A stretch of DNA of 31,268 nt, from positions 1 through 31,268 of the forward strand of contig JBBJNX010000001.1 in NCBI GenBank assembly GCA_037721115.1. Direction: 5' to 3'. Within the stretch, counting starts at the first letter, position 1. Every line of letters begins with the position of its first letter. Source of the DNA: Candidatus Limnocylindria bacterium. Lineage in GTDB: Bacteria > Chloroflexota > Limnocylindria > QHBO01. The notes under the pieces were generated by a model that was not told where the DNA came from, searched no databases, and worked only from the letters and a program-made list of their open reading frames with translations. A program made the translations under genes and the position numbers. This document shows positions 8,944 through 17,365 of this stretch, one piece after another.

Positions 8944-10266
8944 ATGCCGTTCAGTCGCATCTGGCTCATCCTGGCCATCGCCGCCGTGGCGATCGTCGGA
9001 GCCGTGGCGGGGCCGCGCATCGTTGAGGTGGCGACCGGTACGGCCCCGGCCGCGGAACGACTGCGAGCGGCCGCGAGCTTGCGTCCATTGAGCCAGGCCG
9101 GTCGGTCGGTCGGCGACCTCGAGGACCGCGTCGAGCAGCAGTCCGATGACCCCATGGCGCAGGCGCAGCTCGGTGTCGGTTACCTCCAGCTGGCGCGCGA
9201 GACCGGCGATCCGAGCTATTACGCCCGGGCGGAGTCGGCCCTCGACAAGTCCATGGAGCTAGACCCGAACAACCTCAACGCCCTCATCGGCCAGGGGAGC
9301 CTGGCACTATCGCGCCATGAGTTCGCAGCCGCGCTCGAGCTCGGCGAGCGAGCCCTGGCCATCAGCGCAGCGATCCCGAGCATCTACGGCATCATCGGCG
9401 ACGCGCAGGTCGAGCTTGGGCGCTATGACGAGGCTGTGGTGACCGTCCAATCGATGATCGATCTGCGGCCGGACCTGTCCTCCTTCAGCCGCGTCTCATT
9501 TCTTCGTGAGCTGCATGGCGATCTACCCGGTGCGATCGACGCAATGGAGCGTGCGCTCTCCGCGGGGGGCCCGAACGCGGAGAACACTGAGTTCGCGCGG
9601 GTACAGCTGGGGAACCTCCACTTCGCGAATGGCGACCTCGACGAAGCGGAGCGGATGTATCAGCGGTCGCTCGTTCAACTTCCCGACTATGTCTACGCCC
9701 TTGCCGGACTCGGTCGGGTTCGGGCCGCTCAGGATCGCTTCGACGAGGCGATCGACCTGTATCGGCAAGCGACCGCGCGCCTGCCGTTCCCGGAGCTTGT
9801 GATTGGGTTGGCGGAGACACTCGAGGCGGCCGGGCGCCAGGCGGAGGCCGACGATGAATACGCGCTCGTGCAGGCCATGCAGCAACTCTACGCAGCCAAC
9901 GGGGTCCGGACGGATCTCGATCTGGCCGCATTCTTCTCGGACCATGGCGATCCCCAGCAGGCCGTCGAGCTCTCGCGGGCCGCCTACGACGCCCAGCCGA
10001 ACATACGCGCTGCGGACACACTGGCCTGGGCGCTGTATCGGTCCGGCGACCCTGAGGCCGCATGGCCCTTGGCTGAGGAGGCCCTCCGCCTGGGCACCCT
10101 GGATCCGCGCATCCGCTATCACGCCGGGATGATCGCGCGAGAGCTCGGCCGCCACGAGGAGGCGCGGAAGCATCTCAGCGTGGCATTGGAGCTGAACGAT
10201 CAGTTTTCGCCACTCTACGCGCCACGCGCTGCTGAGGCGCTTGCGGAGCTTGGCTCGGCGCCATGA
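8944..10266 (+). CDS. Tetratricopeptide-repeat protein with N-terminal signal/TM anchor
   Basis: Hydrophobic N-terminus and repeated TPR-like helices (LG..YLQ, A..ALG, LG.Y.EA, DTLAWALY). A TPR gene after DUF4331 is a neighbourhood I recall. Confidence 0.85.
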   Translation: MPFSRIWLILAIAAVAIVGAVAGPRIVEVATGTAPAAERLRAAASLRPLSQAGRSVGDLEDRVEQQSDDPMAQAQLGVGYLQLARETGDPSYYARAESALDKSMELDPNNLNALIGQGSLALSRHEFAAALELGERALAISAAIPSIYGIIGDAQVELGRYDEAVVTVQSMIDLRPDLSSFSRVSFLRELHGDLPGAIDAMERALSAGGPNAENTEFARVQLGNLHFANGDLDEAERMYQRSLVQLPDYVYALAGLGRVRAAQDRFDEAIDLYRQATARLPFPELVIGLAETLEAAGRQAEADDEYALVQAMQQLYAANGVRTDLDLAAFFSDHGDPQQAVELSRAAYDAQPNIRAADTLAWALYRSGDPEAAWPLAEEALRLGTLDPRIRYHAGMIARELGRHEEARKHLSVALELNDQFSPLYAPRAAEALAELGSAP

Positions 10267-10796
10267 GCGGTCAGCGTGCCCGCGGCACGCGCGATGCTCT
10301 AGTGCGACCCATGCAACTCTCCGCAAGCCGCGTCATCAGGGCAGCAGGCCTGGGGGCGGCAGCAGGCATCGGCGCAACACTGGGCATGAGCGTCATCATG
10401 CTGGCTTCCCGGCGGATGGGGATGCGTGCCGAACTGCCGCCGGTTCGAATCGCCGAGGAATCGGTCGAGATGGTCCGCCACCGGCCGGCGCATCCAGGCG
10501 AGAAGCAGACGGTCGCCACCATCGTGCACTTCGGCTTCGGGGCGGCCGTGGGCGCGCTCTACGGTGCGGTATCGGTCGGAGTCCGGTCGACACCGCTTTC
10601 CACGGCACTGGGCATCCTCTGCGGATCAGGTGTGTGGCTTGTGAGCTACCAGGGCTGGATTCCAGCGCTTGGCATCATGCCGCCCGCGTCGCGAGATCAA
10701 CCAGGACGGGTGGGCACCATGCTCATCGCCCATGTGGTCTACGGCGCCCTTCTCGGGATTGCCACGAACCGACTCCAGCGCCTGGCAGGAACCTGA
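10263..10796 (+). CDS. Integral membrane protein, DUF6789/DUF1440-like
   Basis: Four hydrophobic segments with HFGFGAAVGALY, VWLVSYQGWIPALGIMPP and AHVVYG; ATGA overlap with the TPR stop. Confidence 0.7.
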   Translation: MSGQRARGTRDALVRPMQLSASRVIRAAGLGAAAGIGATLGMSVIMLASRRMGMRAELPPVRIAEESVEMVRHRPAHPGEKQTVATIVHFGFGAAVGALYGAVSVGVRSTPLSTALGILCGSGVWLVSYQGWIPALGIMPPASRDQPGRVGTMLIAHVVYGALLGIATNRLQRLAGT

Positions 10797-10844
10797 GGGA
10801 CAACAACCGGTCTCGTCCTTCGGACGTCGAGTGGCGTAGTGCCG

Positions 10845-11720
10845 TCAGGCGGGCGCGAGGAAGTGCTTGACGGCATTTTCCAGGACCGATGCCTCCGCGC
10901 GTGAGAGCCTGCGCAACGGCGCACGCATGGCCGGTTGAACGGGGATACCCCGCAGCCCGAGGAGGTGTTTGGCGGCCGCGATGAATTGGCCGCTCTCCTC
11001 CATGGCGGTCCGCAGCGTTCGAAGTCGCGCGGTGGCGGCCTCGTCCCTGGCATCCACGGCGGCGCGCACGACATCGGGAAAGGCGGCGGCCATGCCGGAC
11101 ACGGCGCCGATGGCGCCGGCCGCGATCCCCTCGGCGATGAGCGGCTCGCTCCCGATGAACACGGGCAGACCCAGCTCGAGGTACGGTGTGACGCGCTCGA
11201 ACGGCGCCTCGCTGACCTTCAGCCCGGCGAGATTGTCGATCGATTCGCCGATGCGGCGTATCACCTCGACCGGCAGCGGATAGCCGGACCGAGCGGTGAA
11301 TGCATAGCAATAGAAGGGGAGGGGAGCGCAGGCGCGGGCCGCCGCCACGAAGTGGGCGGTCAGGGCATCCGCGTCCAGGGCGAAATACGGCGGCGGGATG
11401 ACTGCCACCGCATCGGCTCCGATGTCGGACGCATGTGCGGCCAGCGCGACCGCGTCGGCGGTGGTCTGGGCACCAGCATGCACGACGAGGGTCCCCGAGA
11501 CCGCGGTCCGGAAGGCAGCTGCGGCGCGACTCCGCTCGTCCATCGAGAGGAGGACGCCCTCGCCGGTCGTGCCACAGGCGAAGACTCCGTCCGCACCGTG
11601 TGACTCGAGGAAGGCGACGTACGCGGGAATCGCGTCCTCGTCGAGGCTACGCCCGTCGTCGGACAACGGAGTGACAGACGCGACGATCAGCGGTCGATGG
11701 TCGAGGTGAGTGAAGGTCAT
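10845..11720 (-). CDS. Dihydrodipicolinate synthase/N-acetylneuraminate lyase-family aldolase
   Basis: Start moved to ATG 11720. VTPL, GTTGE, IPPPYF and Schiff-base Lys in GLKVS. YCYAF replaces the usual YNxP, so probably not housekeeping DapA. Confidence 0.88.
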   Translation of the reverse strand: MTFTHLDHRPLIVASVTPLSDDGRSLDEDAIPAYVAFLESHGADGVFACGTTGEGVLLSMDERSRAAAAFRTAVSGTLVVHAGAQTTADAVALAAHASDIGADAVAVIPPPYFALDADALTAHFVAAARACAPLPFYCYAFTARSGYPLPVEVIRRIGESIDNLAGLKVSEAPFERVTPYLELGLPVFIGSEPLIAEGIAAGAIGAVSGMAAAFPDVVRAAVDARDEAATARLRTLRTAMEESGQFIAAAKHLLGLRGIPVQPAMRAPLRRLSRAEASVLENAVKHFLAPA

Positions 11721-11865
11721 GCAGCTCAATGGTAGCTGGCGGCAAGGTGCGAGTGCGTGGAATCCGGGTGCGAGCATCTGGCGCACAGGGCACCGCATCC
11801 AGTAGAGTCGTGTGGCCGGCACTCGCCGGGGGATGGGACATCCACGTTCCGCTGGAGGGATCACG

Positions 11866-13209
11866 GTGATCGTCGCTCGCCACCCTGTGCCGGCCCGGGC
11901 CGCCGGTGTGCTCGTTGCGCTGGCCATCGCGCTCGTCGCCATGATGGGTTTCGTCGGCCCCGTGGCTGCCGCGGAGAGCCAGCTCTTCGCCGAGCTGTCG
12001 GGAGCAAGCGAGGTTCCCGATCCGGGCGATCTGGATGGCACCGGCCTCGCCGACCTGCGGATCGACCCCGACGCCGGCACCATCTGTGTCTTGCTCTTCG
12101 TGGAAGAGATCGCGGCGGCCAGCGCCGCGCACATTCACGCGGGAGCCGCCGGCGTGGCCGGTGCCGTGGTCGTCACGCTTCCGACCCCGGACGTCGATGG
12201 GTTCGCGGACGACTGTGTGACCGTCGATGGCGCCCTCGCCCAGTCGATCGTGGACAGTCCGTTCGACTTCTATGTCAACGTCGAGAACGCCGAGTTTCCC
12301 GATGGCGCCCTGCGCGGTCAGCTGGCTGCGCCGCCGCCGGTTGCGTTCGCGTTTCTCTCAGGGGATGCCGAAGTTCCTGGTCCGGGTGATCCCGATGGGA
12401 GCGGAGATGCCTTCCTGACCTTCGACAGTGACGTCGACGAGATCTGCGCCTCAATCTTCGTGGATGGAATAGCCCCTGCTACTGCCGCTCATATTTACCG
12501 TGGCGCCGAGGGCGTCGCCGGTGAGGTGGTGGTGACGCTTCCCACGCCCGACGCCGATGGCGTGGCAGATGGCTGCGTGGCCGCGAGCCAGGCCCTGATC
12601 GACGAGATCGTTGCGGAACCGGGCGGGTTCTACGTGAACGTTCACAATGCGGACTACCCGGACGGCGCCGTCCGGGGACAGCTCACCGGCGAGCCGCCTG
12701 CGGGTGATTGCCTGCTCGTGGCGAGCACCGAAGACGATCCCACGCCGGTCGAGGAACTGACGGTGACCGTCGGCGAGGAGGTGGTGTTTCTTGGCGTCTT
12801 CCAGCCTGATGCGAGCGTTGTCCTGACCCTCACGCGCAATGGTGCGATCGAGCTGGAGGAGACGTTCATGGCCGACGAATTTGGCTTCATCGTGGCGGTC
12901 ATCGTCTTCGAGGATGGTGACGAAGGGAGCTTCACCGCGAATGCGGTCGTGCCGGACACCGAGTGTGCTGGCAGCGTCGCACTGGAGGTGCTGGGAGACG
13001 GCACGCCGGCGCCCACGCCGGCCCCTTCCATGACCCCGTCGCCGTCCCCTTCGCCATCACCGTCACCATCGGCAACGCCTGCCTCTGGGATGCTCCCTGA
13101 CACGGCCGCCGGTGCCGGGCCATCCGTGACGTGGGCGTCGATGGTCCTGCTTCTGCTGGTGGGCGTGGCGTCGCTCGGGGTCTGGAGGTCCGGTCGCCGC
13201 CCGAACTGA
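11866..13209 (+). CDS. Surface protein with two CHRD domains and a sortase-like C-terminal anchor
   Basis: GTG 11866 with GGAGG RBS; signal peptide; two repeats of LSG.xEVP...AHI...YVNV.N..(F/Y)PDGA.RGQL; Pro/Ser linker; LPDTA, then a hydrophobic helix and RSGRR tail. Confidence 0.85.
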   Translation: MIVARHPVPARAAGVLVALAIALVAMMGFVGPVAAAESQLFAELSGASEVPDPGDLDGTGLADLRIDPDAGTICVLLFVEEIAAASAAHIHAGAAGVAGAVVVTLPTPDVDGFADDCVTVDGALAQSIVDSPFDFYVNVENAEFPDGALRGQLAAPPPVAFAFLSGDAEVPGPGDPDGSGDAFLTFDSDVDEICASIFVDGIAPATAAHIYRGAEGVAGEVVVTLPTPDADGVADGCVAASQALIDEIVAEPGGFYVNVHNADYPDGAVRGQLTGEPPAGDCLLVASTEDDPTPVEELTVTVGEEVVFLGVFQPDASVVLTLTRNGAIELEETFMADEFGFIVAVIVFEDGDEGSFTANAVVPDTECAGSVALEVLGDGTPAPTPAPSMTPSPSPSPSPSPSATPASGMLPDTAAGAGPSVTWASMVLLLLVGVASLGVWRSGRRPN

Positions 13210-13296
13210 GCATTCGTTCGCGAAGAATGCCCGGGTTGTCGGATCCGCGGTGGCTGGCCGGCCATGACCTGCGGTGGCTGCGGCGGCCGCTCCGCC

Positions 13297-13378
13297 GCCA
13301 ATCAGGTTGGCTGGCGCTGTGGCCGGCCAGCTGACCGAGGAACCATCACCCATCGGTCACAAGGCCAACCTCGTTGGC
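13297..13378. repeat. REP/BIME-like palindromic element, locus A
   Basis: GCCAAT-cag-GTTGGC (13297-13311), GACCGA-N14-TCGGTC (13333-13358), N5, GCCAAC-ctc-GTTGGC (13364-13378). Same architecture as 20302-20428. Confidence 0.6.
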
Positions 13379-13508
13379 GCTCGCCGCCCGGGGCCGTCCC
13401 TGACGCCTCGCGTTCCGGACGACCGAAGCTGCACGGACGCATCGGTGTAGACTCGACCGAGCACCCGATATGGGCCCCGCGCGAGAGCGCAGTGATCGAG
13501 GGAGGCCA

Positions 13509-13751
13509 ATGACCTACGTCATCACCGAGCCGTGCATCGGCGTCAAGGACGCGAGCTGCGTCGACGTCTGCCCGGTCGATTGCATCCACGCCACTGACGA
13601 CGACGCGATGTTCTTCATCGACCCTGACGAGTGCATCGACTGCGGCGCCTGCGAGCCGGAATGCCCGGTCACCGCCATCTTCGCCGAGGATGCGGTCCCA
13701 GACGACCAGACCAAGTACATCCAGATCAACGCCGACTACTTCAAGCAGTAG
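13509..13751 (+). CDS. fdxA: 7Fe-type ([3Fe-4S][4Fe-4S]) ferredoxin
   Basis: MTYVITEPCIGVKDASCVDVCPVDCI...IDPDECIDCGACEPECPVTAIF; GGAGG RBS before ATG 13509. Confidence 0.92.
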   Translation: MTYVITEPCIGVKDASCVDVCPVDCIHATDDDAMFFIDPDECIDCGACEPECPVTAIFAEDAVPDDQTKYIQINADYFKQ

Positions 13752-13754
13752 CCG

Positions 13755-14063
13755 ATGCCGCGACTGATCGTCCTCTACAACGCCCCCGAAGACACCGATT
13801 CGTTCGAGGCGCACTACCGCGACGTCCACTCGCCGATCGTGTCGCGCTATCCCAATCTGCGGGACGTGAGGCTCTCGAAGCTGGCCGGTGTGGGCGGACG
13901 CGATTCCGCCTATTACTTCATGGCCGAGATGGTCTTCGACTCGGCCGCCGATCTCGACGACGCGATCATGTCGGAGGCGGGCGCCGCCAGCGCGAAGGAC
14001 CTGCGGAATTTCGCCGGTGCCGGTGTGACCATGTTCATCGCTCCCGATGAGGCCGATGCCTGA
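13755..14063 (+). CDS. EthD-family protein
   Basis: LIVLYNAPEDTDSFEAHYRDVHSP...AEMVFDS...DLRNFAG pattern. Confidence 0.85.
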   Translation: MPRLIVLYNAPEDTDSFEAHYRDVHSPIVSRYPNLRDVRLSKLAGVGGRDSAYYFMAEMVFDSAADLDDAIMSEAGAASAKDLRNFAGAGVTMFIAPDEADA

Positions 14064-15015
14064 GACCGGCTCACCCATCGCGGCCGATCCGAGCAGCCTT
14101 GGCTTCGAACGGATCCGCTACGAACGCGACGTCTCGCGGGGTGTGGCGACCGTCACCATCGATCGGCCCGAGGTCCTGAACGCGCTTGACTTTCCGACGC
14201 TGCGCGAGCTGGGACGAGCCTTCGAGCAGGCCTCCTGGGATGAGTCGGTCGCGGTGGTGGTGCTGACCGGTGCCGGAGATCGCTCCTTCTGCACCGGCGC
14301 CGACCTCGATGAGCAGGCATCCATGGGCGCCACCTCCGGCCAGTACTGGCGCTGGATGGGCGCATTCATCGAGATGCACGACCGGCTGCGTCACATCGGC
14401 AAGCCCACGATCGCGCGCATCAACGGCATCTGCGTCGGCGGCGGCAACGAGCTCCAGATGGCCTGTGACCTGTCCGTCCTGGTGGACGACGCCTACATCC
14501 GTCACGTTGGCCCGGAGCACGGGTCGGTGCCGGCCGGTGGAGCCACCCAGTGGTTGCCGCTGATCGTCGGCGATCGGCGGGCGCGCGAGATCGTCATGCT
14601 CTGCGAACCGATCGCGCCCGCGCAGGCCCTCGACTGGGGGTTGGTGTCGCGCGTCGTGGCGCGCTCGGAGCTGGACGCGACGGTGGCGGCCCTTGCGGAG
14701 AACCTGGCGCGCAAGCTTCCCGAGGCGATGCGCTACACGAAGACGCAGCTCAACTGGTGGCGCGACCTGGTCTGGTCTCAGACCGTCGAGCACGCCCGCG
14801 ACTGGCTCGCCGTTCACTCCACGGCGGACGAGACGAAGGAAGCCGTGGCGGCATTCCACGACAAGCGCAAGCCGCGCTTCGCCGAGCTCCGCCGCCTGGA
14901 GGCCGGCGAGGGGCGCACGTGCCCTGCCTGTGGCGCGGTTGGTTTGCCGGCCGGGCATCGGTTCTGCGGCGCTTGCGGCGTGGACCTCCCGGATCCGTGG
15001 TCGGAAGGCGCCTGA
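14056..15015 (+). CDS. Crotonase-family ring-opening hydrolase (Oah/BadI-like) with C-terminal zinc ribbon
   Basis: FCTGAD and GGGNE oxyanion motifs; GPEHGSVPAGGATQWLPLIVG...LCEP; C-terminal CPACG-x10-CGACG. Confidence 0.8.
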   Translation: MPETGSPIAADPSSLGFERIRYERDVSRGVATVTIDRPEVLNALDFPTLRELGRAFEQASWDESVAVVVLTGAGDRSFCTGADLDEQASMGATSGQYWRWMGAFIEMHDRLRHIGKPTIARINGICVGGGNELQMACDLSVLVDDAYIRHVGPEHGSVPAGGATQWLPLIVGDRRAREIVMLCEPIAPAQALDWGLVSRVVARSELDATVAALAENLARKLPEAMRYTKTQLNWWRDLVWSQTVEHARDWLAVHSTADETKEAVAAFHDKRKPRFAELRRLEAGEGRTCPACGAVGLPAGHRFCGACGVDLPDPWSEGA

Positions 15016-15193
15016 TGGCGGCACTTCCTATCAAAGTTGCACGGGCAGATGGCTATCCAGGATTTCGCGCCCGTCCAGCGCCGAGAATCCGCCGAAATCT
15101 ACGTCTCCCGCGTTCCCGTGGCCGTTTGAGGGCTCTGATCAGCCTTCCGATCGCCGCCAACGATCTCCCCAGGAGAATCTGAGAGGAATGCCG

Positions 15194-15976
15194 ATGAATG
15201 AGGAGCAGCTGATCCTGGTCGAGCGGCAACCAGAAGATCGCACGGCGCTCGTAAGGCTCAACCGCCCGAAGCAGCTCAATGCGCTGAACGGCGCGGTGAT
15301 GGACGCGCTCTGCAGCGAGCTGGAAGCGCTGGATCGCGACGACACCGTCCGCGCCATCGTGGTGACCGGCAACGAGCGGGCGTTCGCCGCGGGGGCCGAC
15401 ATCGGCGAGATGGCCAATGCCACACCCGTGGAGATGCTACTCACCAACCGCATCGGTCAATGGGATCGCATCCGCAGGATCACCAAGCCGGTCATCGCCG
15501 CCGTCAATGGCTGGGCGCTCGGTGGCGGGTGCGAGCTGGCGATGACGCTCGACCTCATCGTGGCGGGCGAGGGCGCGAAGTTCGGTCAGCCGGAGATCAC
15601 CATCGGCGTCATCCCGGGCGCTGGCGGTACGCAGCGGCTGACGCGAGCCATCGGCAAGTCGAAGGCGATGGCGATGATCCTGACCGGTGAGTCGATCACC
15701 GCCCGGGAAGCGGAGTCTGCCGGCCTTGTCGCGATGGTCACCCAGGACGAACTGTGTGTTGAGGATGCGCTGGCGCTGGCGGCGAAGATCGCGGAAAAGT
15801 CGCCGATTGCACTGCGCCTGGCCAAGGAGGCCGTCAACGCCGCCCACGAGATGAGCCTGACGGACGCGCTCGCACATGAGCGACGCCTCTTCTACCTGCT
15901 CTTCGCGTCCGACGACCAGAAGGAGGGGATGGCCGCGTTTCTCGAGAAGCGCACGCCCGACTTCACGGGCCGATGA
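15194..15976 (+). CDS. Enoyl-CoA hydratase (PaaF-like)
   Basis: Start set at ATG 15194 (GAGAGG RBS). FAAGADI, GGGCE and FGQPEITIGVIPGAGGTQRL keep both catalytic Glu residues. Confidence 0.92.
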   Translation: MNEEQLILVERQPEDRTALVRLNRPKQLNALNGAVMDALCSELEALDRDDTVRAIVVTGNERAFAAGADIGEMANATPVEMLLTNRIGQWDRIRRITKPVIAAVNGWALGGGCELAMTLDLIVAGEGAKFGQPEITIGVIPGAGGTQRLTRAIGKSKAMAMILTGESITAREAESAGLVAMVTQDELCVEDALALAAKIAEKSPIALRLAKEAVNAAHEMSLTDALAHERRLFYLLFASDDQKEGMAAFLEKRTPDFTGR

Positions 15977-16932
15977 GCCTCGGCAACCCCGATCACGCCG
16001 TCGGCGGCCTGGCGGTTCCGCGTCCCGCCGGCGTGGAGCTGCGGCCGCTCGGCCGTGACGACTTCGGCGACGCGCTGGCGCTTGCCCGTGAGCTCTACGG
16101 CCTGGGCGACACCGACCCGCAGCCGTATCGAGCGCGGTACGAGTCTCTTGTCAACGACGCGGACGCGACCCCGTTCCTGGCGATCGCTGACGATGAGCCG
16201 GCCGGGTTCATCGGCTTTCGATTCAGGCGTCGCCTGAACCATGCGACGTTCGAGGGCTGGGTCAGCGACCTGTTCGTCCGAGAGCGATATCGCGGACGGG
16301 ACATCGGGCGCATGCTGCTCGGCGCTGCGCTCGCGGAATGGCGCCTGCGCGGAGGTCACCAGGTGATGCTCGAGGTCGGCACCGACCGGACGGTCGCACG
16401 CGCGCTGTACGAGGCGACCGGATTCGTCAACAGGGGAAAGCTGTTCGAGATCGCCCCGGTCCGAACGCGCGACATCACGCTGGGGCAAGGCGTTCAGATC
16501 CGACCGATCGTCAACGACGACGCTGATTTCGATGCCGTCACGCGCCTGCTGGCAGAGCTCGGGCGGCCGACCCCGAGCGAGGAGCGTCTGCCGGCGCTGC
16601 GCCGAACGTACTCGCAGCACGTCATCAGTGCCGATGGCGGATCGCAGCTCGCGCTGCTCGATGGTCGCCCTGTCGGCTTCATCAGCCTCGAATTCCGTCA
16701 CCCTTTCTTCACGACGGCGCCGCAGGCCTGGATTCCGGACCTGGTGGTGACCGAGTCGGCGCGCGGCCGCGATATCGGTGCGGCGCTCCTGGACGCCGCG
16801 TTCAAGGAATCGATCCGTCGCGACGCGTATGCGGCGGTGCTCGAGTCGGGCGATCAGCGGCTGGTCGCGCACGCGTTGTACGCGGCAGCGGGCATGTCCG
16901 ATGCTGGAAGCTTCCATACGCTCGCCCGCTGA
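15973..16932 (+). CDS. Tandem (two-domain) GNAT acetyltransferase
   Basis: Two acetyl-CoA motifs, LFVRERYRGRDIGRMLL and LVVTESARGRDIGAALL, each followed by A..LY...G. ATGA overlap with the upstream crotonase. Confidence 0.85.
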   Translation: MSLGNPDHAVGGLAVPRPAGVELRPLGRDDFGDALALARELYGLGDTDPQPYRARYESLVNDADATPFLAIADDEPAGFIGFRFRRRLNHATFEGWVSDLFVRERYRGRDIGRMLLGAALAEWRLRGGHQVMLEVGTDRTVARALYEATGFVNRGKLFEIAPVRTRDITLGQGVQIRPIVNDDADFDAVTRLLAELGRPTPSEERLPALRRTYSQHVISADGGSQLALLDGRPVGFISLEFRHPFFTTAPQAWIPDLVVTESARGRDIGAALLDAAFKESIRRDAYAAVLESGDQRLVAHALYAAAGMSDAGSFHTLAR

Positions 16933-17034
16933 GTGAGAGGGCGGTTATTCGCTAGGCCGGTATGGAAGTTGCTAGGATGCTGTCCCGGGTGCGGCAGACC
17001 GTTCCCGAGTTGCAGTACGAGGGAGAGTTTACAA

Positions 17035-17310
17035 ATGAGCATCATCGCGTGGCTCGTCGTCGGCGCCATTGCCGGCTTCATCGCAAGCAAGGTCGTTCCT
17101 GGTGACGAGGGCTATGGAGTCCTCGGCGGCCTGATCGCCGGCATCGTCGGCGCCATGGTCGGCGGATTTCTGTTCGGCCTTCTGTCCGGCAACGACGATT
17201 GGCTGACGGGTATCAACATCGGCACCATCATCGCCGCCATCGTCGGCGCGATCATCGTCGTGTTCGTGTGGAATATGATCACCAAGCGAAGCGGCAACCG
17301 CGCCGTCTGA
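17035..17310 (+). CDS. GlsB/YeaQ/YmgE-family (transglycosylase-associated) membrane protein
   Basis: MSIIAWLVVGAIAGFIASKVVPG...GIVGAMVGG...AIVGAII; GGGAG RBS before ATG 17035. Confidence 0.9.
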   Translation: MSIIAWLVVGAIAGFIASKVVPGDEGYGVLGGLIAGIVGAMVGGFLFGLLSGNDDWLTGINIGTIIAAIVGAIIVVFVWNMITKRSGNRAV

Positions 17311-17333
17311 CTTTCCTACCGCCCAGACCGACG

Positions 17334-17365
17334 CGCCCGGTGCCCCGAGGCACCGGGCGTGTTTT
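17334..17365 (+). terminator. Rho-independent terminator
   Basis: Perfect 11-bp stem CGCCCGGTGCC/GGCACCGGGCG, 4-nt loop CCGA, followed by TGTTTT. Confidence 0.8.

Noticed and set aside
10845-11720. Annotation as dapA
   Set aside because: The YNxPxRT and G.D regions diverge and there is no lysine-pathway context; only family level is supported.
11795-11820. GCATCC-N15-CCGGC as a SigK-like promoter for the CHRD gene
   Set aside because: The -10 matches the recalled CCGAA at only 3/5, and a sigma70-like TAGAGT overlaps it.
12994-13083. Pro/Ser/Thr tandem-like repeats (also 1510-1620)
   Set aside because: Ordinary coding linkers of surface proteins, not independent DNA repeats.
13210-13230. 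GCATTC...GAATGC hairpin after the CHRD gene as a terminator
   Set aside because: Short bulged stem and no U-tract.
14056-15015. Annotation as menB (DHNA-CoA synthase)
   Set aside because: The GSFD motif is absent (GSVP) and no other men genes are nearby.
15015-15182. 55-codon Arg-rich ORF starting by TGATG overlap after the Oah-like gene
   Set aside because: Many A/T third positions, unlike neighbouring genes, and no motif. Probably intergenic, though the coupling makes a Ribo-seq check cheap.
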